Source: Penicillus capitatus (lineage: Eukaryota; Plantae; Chlorophyta). Taken from it: a stretch of 64,000 nucleotides of DNA. A program made the position numbers and the translations under genes. The notes beneath the pieces were generated by a model, which worked only from the letters and a program-made list of their open reading frames with translations, had not been told where the DNA came from and did not search any database. Positions 25,445 through 36,693 of this stretch are shown piece after piece. Positions within the stretch are counted from its first letter, which is position 1; every line of letters starts with the position of its first letter. The stretch lies in the NCBI GenBank assembly GCA_965649825.1, contig OZ287707.1:124001-188000 (forward strand), given 5' to 3'.

Positions 25445-26500
25445 CAGTCTTTCGGTAACGACAGAGGTTGCCGTCACCGTATGTGAGCACCTTGTTCTCT
25501 AAGGTAACTTCAGAACAGATTTCTGTCGCTATGACAAAACTAACATTTGGTACACGGATGGGCTTACTGGCTTAAGCTTGTGAAGTCGAATGACTGCAGG
25601 TCGTATTCTTTGAGAACTACCATTATGGATTAGATAAGTACGAAAGAAAGTCGTCGATGTAGCATGATCGAAACCATAAAGACTTGAAGATATTGCAGCG
25701 AAAAGAGAAAAGCCTAAAGAATGAACTTGCGGCGAGAGATGAAGTGATCAGCTTGCTCATCAGGACTCATTAAGCACGCCGTCTGCACGCATCGACAAAA
25801 TCACTCAAGATAAGTGCTAGCATTCCTTTAGAACACACAACCACTTCACCTTTGAAAGTTATGATCCTGCTTAGAACATGACGAACATCCCGCGCTTTCG
25901 AGGTTCGGAAATACTGGACTGTCATCGCACAAGACGTTGCAGCATCCTCGGAAGAAACGTCCCGTCCGACTGAAGAGCTCGTCATTCTACATCTGGCAGT
26001 CATGTGGTGACGCGAAAGAATGCTCCGTCCACCTCTTGGACACGTGACGAGTAACGCGCTGCCAATTCGCCCACAGCCTATTACTTTGACCTGCCTCAGC
26101 GACGGCTGTAACATATCAAGAATCTGGTGTTTTCGTCTCACTGCACCGTTTCGTCCCATCGTTTGCCTGCGAACGACAAAAATTGCTGTGTTCCTGTGAT
26201 TGATTTTGTGACATAGGAAGTCTATCCCAGTAAAGGGCCAAGCTCACGGGATTTTCTCCCAGTGTCAACTTGATTCTTGCATCTTCCTCAAATAACTCTT
26301 TCTCAATATAAACATTTGTAATGGAGATTTGATCTCCAAGAGATCTGTACACTCTTTGAGACCTGAACGAAAGTAACCATGACCGTTGTTTTTGATGATT
26401 GGTTCAATCAACTGATATTGACCTTTCCAGTGCACAAACATCGGAGACTCATGTATCTCTATTATGTCCAGTGTAGCCAAACCGCCGAACAAGCTCCTAG
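25445..26500 (-). mobile_element. Decayed Ty3/gypsy reverse transcriptase remnant(s)
   Basis: In order on the minus strand: FVDA..MSPDEQ, CYIDDFL (YIDD at 25650-25661), TKC*F and SYL. A second, weaker RT-like piece at 26170-26500 (ATLD, GQYQ, IDFLCHKI). Confidence 0.45.
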
Positions 26501-27398
26501 AGCAAGCCGTGCGTCCTGCGAAGAAAGCGGCGGAAATCTGACAGGACCTGTACTGAGAAGGTCACTTAATAGAGTATCTGTCGGATCAACATGTCAGATA
26601 AATTGCACGACGTAGGGTCGTCAACGCTCGAAAAGCTTAATTTCTCAAAACCGTAGATCATCTTGAGGCAAACACTTATGTGTTTTGGGTCCAATGTGGC
26701 GACACTGATTTAACAACATGGGCAAAGCGTACACAATCGAAGACGGTGGAAAACGTTCACAGCGCCCCAAAAATACTCGATGTACGTTGATTGTTAGTAT
26801 GATTTTCACGTGGTGTCAAAGTCGCCGTCGATCTGGTAGAAACAGAGAGTGTCGCTTTGAAAGAAAAGTGTTTTAAAATCAAACGAACTGGACCAAACGT
26901 AAACTCCGTCGTTGTTGTTGTTAACTCGGGATTCCAGTCCAAGAGACTGATTCCTCACTCATATATTATTCAAATCTTACAGCCATGTATGTAAATTGCA
27001 TGTGGGTTAAGAGTCGACAGTTGTTCACAAGAGTTCAGTTTAAGGATAGGCAGGGCCCATGATGCTTTACGTTTGTGTCTGTGGAGATAAAGAGATGAGA
27101 AACAATGTCATGAGGTGACAGGCGATAATGTGACAGAAAGGCGCGAATTGCGGGACGGAGCGGCGCGACGCAACGGATGTTGCGCAATCGACTGAGCCCA
27201 AAGCTCAATGCGATGAAGCATGGAGGCCACAGAATTAGCTGAACGCGGAGAAGACCTTACGGTTAAACTACTTAAACTCATCGGGCTATCTGAAGCTCGT
27301 GGAAAAGTTCCACTAGAAGCTCTGGCAGAGCCCACTTCCTGAGTCGGGATCGGGTATTTAAGTGGATGTTTTGTCTTCCGTTTGCTTATCAAGTTTAC

Positions 27399-28041
27399 TT
27401 AGCGTTTTGAGTTCTCTTCCCGGATTTTTTGCACACTTTCTTCCACTAAAAATTCTAATTGTAAATTGGCTTTCTGAAAACTTCTTTCGCGTCCAGCAAG
27501 CACCATGAGCCGGTGCTTCGGTTCAAACCGTATCTTGGGAAATTGATAGCCAAACAAGCCTTCCGCCGTCCGCCGTGTATATAAGACTTGGCTAACCCAA
27601 GGAAGTTTCGTGAAGATGAATTCAATTCCGCCAACGAAGAGTTTTCGCAACAAGACGTGCATATGAGCTTCGAGTTCAAAAGGGGAGAATCGTCCCAACA
27701 AGGTGGACGTCAAGTGTCGTAATGAAGACAGAGACCTGCCTCTTCCATGATGGAAAGGAACAACAGCAAGAGGACTTTACCACCCATGCAACCGATTCAA
27801 GGCTTACAGTATCGATTGCAAGTAAGGGGTTAGGGAATCCGTAGAGTCCTTGCCTTTCGATGAGCTTTTTTGCTTCTTCTGAAGGACCGAGAGATTTTTC
27901 GTAGTTTGCTTCTAGTATCTTGTAACCGGTGCAGGATAAGACATGCCTGCCGACTTCCATCATAGCATAACATGATCCGAAACCGGGGTGTTCCACTTTT
28001 TCGGACGCCAAGTACTTGAAAGTTTGTCGGCTATTGTGCAA
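27399..28041 (-). mobile_element. Decayed PIF/Harbinger-type DDE transposase remnant
   Basis: PSEEAKKLIERQGLYGFPNPLLAIDT resembles GFPNxxGAIDG. Later GLFGYQFP (GDxGYP-like) and GRERSF (RxxxERxF-like) follow in a frameshifted second ORF. Confidence 0.45.
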
Positions 28042-28967
28042 GCAGAAATTTAGTTTGATGTGCGAGTTGCGGAGTTGGTAGCGACAGAATATGTCTCGAT
28101 TACGTCTCTTCGAGCGAGAGATGCCAAGGAAAGTGAGCTCGGCTTATTCTCTTTGGCAAAACTGGTCGAGTCGCTCCTGGAAAGTTGGGTACAGCAGTAG
28201 GTATGCACAAGCGTACATGAGATGTTTCACTCGACGTCGTCGTTGGCCAGGGCGACAAAAGAGATTCGAGACAAACTTCGTTACAACAGAAGTAAACGGA
28301 CAAAAGCACAATCAGTCCTAAGCCTCTTTTCAGTCTAAGTGATGAGACTTCCCAGGAAGATGAGTCAACACGATGGCAGGACCAGAGAACCGCGTCCCCT
28401 GACGCATCTGAGCTCCGCTTGAAAACGACAGGCAGCGTCCATTGACACAGATGACCCCCCACAAGAAGACAATCACATCGTCAGAGGAAATCTTAGAGAC
28501 AGTTCTGCGTGGGCCATGTTACCTTTCGACTTCGCAGAGGTGACCTGCTTGTTTCTCAGGCAGTTGTCGGTCCGATGTCCCGGTTGAGGGTAATAGCTCC
28601 TTGTGGCTGTTCGTTTGTGGGTGAGGAAGATAGTTGTAATCAAATCCTTAAAACAAGTTCCTAAATCGATTTACTTTGTGTGTTTTAACAGAATTTGTCA
28701 GGCATTAACAATGTTTTTTTACGAATGATTGATTGTTTAAGTACATCAGACCATGAAACGACATGGGGAGATATAGAAAGACATCGACTGAATTCGGCAA
28801 CACAAGGGAATGTAACAGTGAATTATGGTTCTTCAAAATATCTGCAAACGAATGATAAGTGGTGGTTGCTGCTGCTGCGACCGATTTTTCAACAGAACAA
28901 GTAAAAAACTGGTGAACCGTTTCTGCTGCGTAATCATGTCAACAAACAAGCGTACTTGTGTGTCTAT

Positions 28968-31900
28968 CTATTCATTTATTTCCAGATATTTCAGCAACCC
29001 AGGGTATTCTTTGTCCAACTCTTGTTTCAAATACGAAACATACATGTCAATGGTCTTCTTATCCCATTCTCCGATTTTTCGAGAAAAGGTTGCATGCAAG
29101 ACAACGGGAAGTGTTTTATCTTCTGTGGTGGGTCCCGCTGTAAACGAGTTTTGCACAGAAAACAACAAAAGGTTGTTTTTATACGCAGGGAGAATTGACA
29201 GTCCCGAAAGGACAATTTCTTCAGGTTTTAAGTTTTTCAATGCCGTTCTTGCGGCATCGCGTACACACGAGTATTCGTCATCGTGCCCCTTTGCCAAAAT
29301 CGGCAGAACATCGCTAGCGTGCTGCGGCGCCACCGCTACGACACGGCCGATGGCCTCTATAAGCGCCCGACGCACGCTTGTGTCTTCGTCATTGCGTCCC
29401 ACTGCCAAAATCGACAGAACATCGCTAGCGTGCTGCGGCGCCGCCGCTACGACACGGCCGATGGCCTCTATAGCCGCCCGACGCACGCTTGTGTCTTCGT
29501 CATTGCGTCCCACTGCCAAAATCGGCAGAACATCGCCGGCGTGCTGCGGCGCCGCCGCTACGACACGGCCGATGGCCTCTATAGCCGCCCGACGCACGCT
29601 TGTGTCTTCGTCATTGCGTCCCACTGCCAAAATCGGCAGAACATCGCCGGCGTGCTGCGGCGCCGCCGCTACGACACGGCCGATGGCCTCTATAAGCGCC
29701 CGACGCACGCTTGGGTCTTCGTCATCGCGTCCCACTGCCAAAATCGGCAGAACATCGCCGGCGTGCTGCGGCGCCGCCGCTACGACACGGCCGATGGCCT
29801 CTATAGCCGCCCGACGCACGCTTGGGTCTTCGTCATCGTGCCCCTCTGCCAAAATCGACAGAACATCGCCGGCGTGCTGCGGCGCCGCCGCTACGATGCT
29901 CCCAATAGCCTCCAACGCATTTTGATGTACGGCCGAGTCTGTGTCTTTGCAGCCTCTTGAAAGTATTGGCAGATACTCTTTCAAGAGTTCAGGGGTCGCA
30001 GCTAAGATGTTTCCGGAGGCCTCCATCGCCTCCTGACGAATGCTAGCGGATGTATCTTCCAATGCCGGCTTCAATTCTTGTAACAAATCGATAGCGAGGT
30101 CTGGCGCCACTTTGCCCATGCTTCCCATTGCTTTTATCGCCTTACAACGAACGTCCGAGTCTTCATCGCAGCACCCTTTCTGCAGCATCGGTAAAATGTC
30201 GCCGGAGAGATGTGGCGCCTCGTTGACGACACGCCCGATGACCTCGATCGCCGCTTGACGCACTTCGCCCTCTTCGTTTACGCACCCCTTCGTTATCATA
30301 TGTAGAAGGTTCTCGAGGAGGAGTTGCAACGTTGAGTCGACGTGCCAAGCGGTCTTCACTTCACTTCCGTGCATGGCAGATTCCCTTTTGCGGCATTCTC
30401 TCTTCCGCGCGTTATCACTTTTGAGTGTGGTGTATTGCACTATAGAAACGACGTGTTCGATGGCTTTCATTGCACTTTGGCGCACATCGGCGGCCTCGTC
30501 AATGCACGCCCTTTTAAGTATCGGAATAGAATCTCCGAGAAGATATGGCATAGCCTTCACGATATTCGCCATTGCTTCAATTGCATTCTGACGCACTCTG
30601 TAGTCTTCGTCTTCGCACCCTTCTTCAACCATCTCTCGCAGGTCTTGCGCGAATGATGGTGCGGCATCGATGATGCTTTTGACGGTCGCCATAGCTTTTC
30701 GGCGCACTTTTGGGTCTTCGTGTTTCCGTTCTTTTTTTACCATCGCTCGCAGGTCTTGTACCAACAATGGCGCCACCGCTACGATGCTCCCAATAGCCTC
30801 CAACGCATTTTGATGTACGGCCGAGTCTGTGTCTTTGCAGCCTCTTGAAAGTATTGGCAGATACTCTTTCAAGAGTTCAGGGGTCGCAGCTAAGATGTTT
30901 CCGGAGGCCTCCATCGCCTCCTGACGAATGCTAGCGGATGTATCTTCCAATGCCGGCTTCAATTCTTGTAACAAATCGATAGCGAGGTCTGGCGCCACCT
31001 TGCCCATGCTTCCCATTGCTTTTATCGCCTTACAACGAACGTTGAAGGCTTCATCTTTTAACCCTTTTTTCAACATTGGAAGGAGATTACTACTAACTTG
31101 AGGCGCTAATATGACGACGTTTCCGATTGCATCCATAACAGATCGACGCACTTTGAATGTGTTGTCCTTGCACCCTTGGTCTAGTATGGGAATCAACAAT
31201 TTGGCATTGAGGTGTGTCATCCCTTTGGCGAAGGTCTCGACGGTCTTGATTGCATTGACACGCACGGTCGAGCTTCCGTCAGCACAGAGCTCATTCAGTA
31301 ACGGCAGAAAATCGCCAGCATTCTGTGGTAGCAACCCTACGATACTCTTGATGGCGAGCACCGCATTCCGACGTATATAGTCGTCTTCATCACGGCATAC
31401 TTTTTCTAATAATGGCAGTATGTCGGGCGCAAGGCTTGGCAACCCCCCGAAGACTTTACCAAGGGTCTTGATCGCATTAGCTCGGACGCCGAGGTCTTCG
31501 TCGTCGCACCCTTTTTTTAACAAGCATAGAAAGTCGTTGGCAAAGTTCGGTGACGCTATGATCACACTCCCGATCGCTTCAATTGACCTTTCACGAACGT
31601 CGGAACTTTGGTCTTCGTACTCTTTCTCTATTATCTTCTTGATGTCACTCCCGAGGTGTGGTGCCACCTTGACGATGCTCACAATGGCATCAACGGCATC
31701 GTGGCGCATGTTAAAAGATGTGTCACTGAATCTTGTCTCCAGTATTTTCAATAGGTCGTTAGCAAGGTGCGGCGCCACTTTAACAAAGTTTCCAATGCAG
31801 CTGATTGCACTCCGGCACGTGCTCAACGACTCATCGTTGAACCCGGATTTCAGAATTGACAATAGGCTGTCTGCGAGGCGAGTTTCCGCTTCGGTGAACT

Positions 31901-34900
31901 TTGAAATAGTCTCCATCGCAGTGCAGCGCACATCGGAGTTTGTATCACTGCAACCTTTCTTCAGCCTCGGCAGCAGACTGACAGCGAGGTGAGGCGCAAC
32001 ACTAACGATGTTACCGATGGCTCCCATGCAGTTCCCACGCACGTCAGAGTCGCTGTCTGTTTGCCCTTCGTCCAGGATCGGCAAAAGCTCATTTACGACG
32101 TCAGGTACAACCCTAACGATGTTCCCGATGACCTTCATCGAGCCCGCACGCACAAAAGCACTTATATCACGGCATCCTGTCTTCAACAAAGGCAACAAGT
32201 CTACCGCAAGGTATGGTGTTGCCTCAACGACGCTCCCAATGACATCCATCGCATTGTTGCGCTCACGAGGGTTTTCTTTTTTGGTCTCTCTCTCCAACAA
32301 AACCTTAAAATCTCGCTCAAGCTGCGAAGACGACCGCACAACTCTCCCAACGCCTTCCATCGCTTTGAAGCGCACAGAAAAGTCTTCATCCTGACAACCT
32401 TTTACGAGCGATTGAAGCAGTTCGTACGCGAGTTTCGACGGCTCTTCGGCGAATTCCTTGACAACATCAATCACATCGCTAGCGTGCAGCGGCGCCACCG
32501 CTACGACACGGCCGACGGCCTCTATAGCCGCCCGACGCACGCTTGGGTCTTCGTCATCGTGCCCCTCTGCCAAAATCGGCAGAACATCGCTAGCGTGCTG
32601 CGGCGCTACCGCTAGGACACGGCCGACGGCCTCTATAGCCGCCCGACGCACGCTTGGGTCTTCGTCATTGCTTCCCACTGCCAAAATCGGCAGAACATCG
32701 CTAGCGTGCTGCGACGCCGCCTCAACGACGATGCCAATTGCGTCCATTGCTCTGTGACGCACGTCCGAATCACCGTCGGCGCACCAGTTTGCCAAAATCG
32801 GCAGAACGTCACCGGCGTGCTGCGGCACTTGTTCTGCGATAGAACTTAATATTCTGATGCGCTCTTTTAGACTGCACCAGCCATCAGGTGCTTTTATTAG
32901 CTGCAAGATGAATTGTGTAACTTCGTAACTGTGCTTTGGAGAGTGCGTTGTGAGCTTTAAGACATCTTTGATCTTGGCCAGTTCTTTCCATGTCAAGTCA
33001 TGCCTGCATACCAGCATTTTCTTCACTTCTTCAATGGCGTCATTCAAAACTTGAGGAAATGCTTCCAGAACTCTAGGAAATTGTTGAAACTCTTCGACAA
33101 TGATTTTACGAATTAGAACATCGTCGATAGTACGCCCGAAAAGTCGACGAGCACCTTTTACGAGTCGGATTGCTTGTTTGTCTTCGGACAGAATATCTAA
33201 ATCGATCATATCTGTCTCTTCCAAACATGCTTCGAGAACTCGCATTCTCAAAAAAAGGTGTTGTACCCCAAGAATCTCGACAGGTTGTTCGTCAAGTATA
33301 GAAAGCATCTCGTCCAATGCATCTTCTCCACACGCTTGTGCAAATGCGTGCATAGCGAAAGATATTGTCAACGCAAACTTCTCAGTGTATTTGACTCTTC
33401 GAAAAACACTTCCTACTCTTATTTTTTCGGATGACGTTTCTTTTTTAAGCAAGTATCTTGCAATGTATCTTCCGGCAAAGAACTCCTGAAATGTCTTGTG
33501 TGAGAATTGATACTCGTCTTCTTCCAAGGCACGCAAAAGGAAACCACTATTCTTCATGATCTTCAAGCTGTCATTTAGTGTTGTGCAACTTATAACAATC
33601 GTTTCTTCGATTAGTGTTTGTCCAGTCCGAAGAGCTTCGAAAGCGATTTCTTCTAAATCGTTGAAGAAGGCAACCTTGTTTATGGCCGTTGTGTGAAGTT
33701 GAGGTTTATCTACGAATCTCTTCCAAACGTAATTTGCCATGTCGTTGTAAATCCGGAACATGCTTGCCCCTTTCCGCAAACCTTCGACGGTGGTCTTCTT
33801 TTGTTTTGACATAGTGCAAAGGATGTGCGCTATCACTGGAACATGCACCATCTCCCACATTGCCTGATTCTCAACCAAAGATTTTAGTATCTTCGAAGCT
33901 TCATCTTCATCCAGCTCTTTGTGTATGAAATTTCTGAGCTGCTGGTCATTGAATCCGAGGCACTCAATCAGGCAGTCAACTCTTGTCTGTATCCCTCGAA
34001 GATTGTATGGTTGTGTCAGTAAGAGAGTTTTGCATTCTCCCTTCTCGGCCTCAGAAAGGAGATCTAAAGCATCGTCATCGGCTTCGTCTAATCCGTCAAA
34101 CACCAACAGCGTGCTAGACATATCGAGATCGTCATTGATTTGAGTCTTCAACTTCTCAAATTCGTCATCGCTTGCTTTTTGCTTGAAACACAGCTGCGCA
34201 ACCACTTCTTCAAGCGCTTCTCCCCGTACCCATCTGGCTTTAGCGACATTCAAACGTCTAATCGGAACCACGTAGATTGCCTCAAAGTCTTGCAGTATTT
34301 CGCCTGATGCCCATTTGTAAGCAATGGATTTGCCGATGCACGTCTTTCCCGTGCCGGGGTTTCCGTAAAGAAGCACTCTTCGGATGTCGCTCTTACCGAT
34401 GCCCACTTCTAATGATCTCGGTTTGAATAGGTCTTTTATCGAAATGGGGGTTTTAGTTTTTTTCTTTTGTTCGTAGTATTTCTTTGGATCATCTCTTTCC
34501 CGAATTGCGGAACTTCCCCCTTCTGTTTCATCGACGTTTCCTGCTTGACTCCTGTCATCTCTTCTTCCAATTCTTGTTTTCTTGACGATTTCTTCGTAAA
34601 CGACAACGTGATGCTCCATATCTTTCACGTGCTTAGGGACATCCCGATTAAACAAGGAAGGCACCTTCAACATGACCACGATTTCTGTATGATCAAAACA
34701 ATATAACATGCACTCACCGTAGCAAAGCTGTCGTGTAAGTACCTTTTCTTGAGGTCTTCGACGTTATAACGAATAGTAGACGGGTGCAGATATCCAACGG
34801 TTGCCCCTGTTTTGATGAATACATCATCTCGTTCTTTGTTCGTATCCTCGCGGCGTCGCATCTGAAGCTTCTCTTCAATGGTATTGCCATTCAGCCACGT

Positions 34901-36229
34901 TGTTAACGTCACTCTGGCACCTTCATCGCATGATTGTTGTATCTTTTCGAGAGCTTCGGCTATTTCTTGGTTTTGTTCCGCTACTGAGTGAATCATGTGC
35001 AAAGAGTCTAAAATCTCGGTAAGTATGTCTCCATCATGAATCCAGTTTTCCGAGATTGCTTGATTTGTTGCCAATTCAAGTAGCTTCGCCGTCGCCCTTT
35101 CGCGGCCATCCTGACTGGAGCTCTTGTCGCTTGCCAACAATCGCATTTCTTGGATGATGCCAAACCTCAAGGCTTTTTGATGATTTTCTCTCGTCGTCTT
35201 TTGTTGCCCTTCCAACGCCGTGTCGTAAGCTAGTGCAAGCAGTTCGCACTTTTTGTCTTCTTTAAGCGCGCTGAGCCTTGCCGCTGTTAGAATCTGAAGT
35301 ATGTCATACCATTCCTGCTCCAATATTCCGGCTCTGGCAATTGTCGCTCGACCTTTTCTGTATGCGTCCTCGATTGATGTGGGATCGATATCTCCGCCGG
35401 CCAATTTTCTGAGAAAGTGGAAGACATGATGCATTCCACCGTAAAGCCCAGATGCGGTATATCTTGCCGCTTTTGTTAAGCGAGATGGCTCGTCTTCGAT
35501 TTCTAAGCGCTCGACGGCTTGCCGAATGAGATCCAGGTGAAAGGAGACAGGATAATACATGCTAGAAAGCTCCATCTCTTTCTTTTTCTGGGCGATTACT
35601 CTACAAAACTCTTCCTTCTCTTTTTCAAAAAAGCGGCCACGGCCGATGATTCGCAACAGGAAAAAGACCTGATGGATGCAGAGGAAGTTTGCTTCATATT
35701 CGAGAAAGTTGTGTTTTGTTAGCCTGGGCCTAGAGGACAGGCTGAGCAAGAGGTCTAAACCCAGATCCATTAACCAAACAGTGTCATAGACGGCAGAATC
35801 CACCCAGGTGAGTGCACTGAACAGAGCTTTAGCGACGTCCTTGTTGAGAAATTCTCCAGGATTAATCAAGGAACTGAAGTCATACACCAGTCTTCTCAGG
35901 ACGTCCGCATCTTGTTCAAAAACAGGGGCGATTTTGGCTAATTCTGCATACTCAAGGACGAACTCCGGTTCGAGGCGGTCTTCTCTTCCTTCGCCGTACT
36001 TGCGTAACCATCCAAGAAGAACGACTCGCTCATTCTCATCCGTCGTGGCGTTGTACGCTGCAACAAGCGACTTGGTGCTCACGATGTCATGCTCCCTAGC
36101 GAGAGCGCGAAGGAGCTTTGGCTTATTTCGTCGTTGGACGTTAAAGTCGGGTAGATAGGGTCTCCCCCCACTTCCCGACGCAGGGGGTGCTTTTTTGGAC
36201 GGTTCTTCGTCAGAACATTGGGATTGCAT
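28968..36229 (-). CDS. NLR-like protein B: helical N-terminal domain + NACHT + about 32 HEAT repeats + C-cap; 2 coding exons (intron 34665-34717), about 2402 aa
   Basis: LLYGNPGTGKT, LLVFDGLDE and YQFSHKTFQEFFAG. 37-aa repeats such as RRAAIEAIGRVVAAAPQHAGDVLPILAVGRDDEDPSV. True start is ATG 36229 (MQSQ); the ORF-track start at 36247 lies inside a 5'UTR intron (36240-36290). Confidence 0.92.
29240..32830 (-). repeat. 111-bp (37-aa) HEAT repeat array of gene B; near-identical units at about 29283-29900 and 32470-32830
   Basis: Period of 111 read directly (e.g. GCCAAAAT at 29293 and 29404). One unit counted at about 66% GC. Confidence 0.95.
29890..31042. repeat. 265-bp direct duplication inside gene B (29890-30154 and 30778-31042)
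   Basis: The two copies are identical except for one synonymous change and are offset by 888 bp = 8 x 111. Confidence 0.95.
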
Positions 36230-36693
36230 ATTCAGCGACCTACACACGAAACACTACAATGCCCAGTTGACAAATATTTGCTCAGCTAACTTGTTATTTC
36301 AGAGCTGTCGGTGAAAAGTTCGCAGAAAAGTTCGCAATGGATACGCTGAATCAGATGAACTGACATTCGACTAAATTAAGATGATGATGTTGCATGGTAT
36401 CGGTCGGACATTGCAAATAGTTTTCAATCGAACTTGGGTTTCCTCTGACCAATTCTGGATCTGCTGAATAAAGTATTCTGAAAAGATCTTTGTTTTCCCT
36501 GTTTTCGTACACGCACGTGGAGTATCACCCACAACCCACTGGACAACGAACGATTCAAGTGATAAGCGAAACGCATGCTGACGGAGGTCTTGGTTGACAA
36601 ATCCAAGAACATTGCTTGAAATTGTAAACAATAGATGGACAAAGTTCACGCACGATAAATAGCGAAGACGACAGCGATCTATCTGCGGACAAC

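Noticed and set aside
15290-25830. RIP-like or CHG-methylation hypermutation (repeated CAG>TAG)
   Set aside because: There are too few sites and no ancestral sequence. CAG>TAG is one of the commonest routes to a stop, so the pattern is uninformative without a substitution spectrum.
25770-26159. Glycerol-3-phosphate dehydrogenase or other Rossmann-fold gene (VIGCGRIG, VVCSKGM)
   Set aside because: The spacing is off, there is no downstream domain, and the 3' end is better explained as decayed RT (FVDA..MSPDE).
26650-26945. Tc1-like DDE transposase relic (IEYFWGAV)
   Set aside because: A single 8-residue match amid stops, with no other supporting motif.
28825-29960. Long antisense ORFs over the repeats (28825-29925, 29283-29960; also 58496-59431)
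   Set aside because: These are shadows of GC-rich, stop-poor coding repeats; their translations are just the antisense periodic pattern.
29240-32830. CRISPR-like or non-coding tandem array
   Set aside because: The 111-bp units are contiguous in-frame coding repeats with no unique spacers and no cas genes, in a eukaryotic context.
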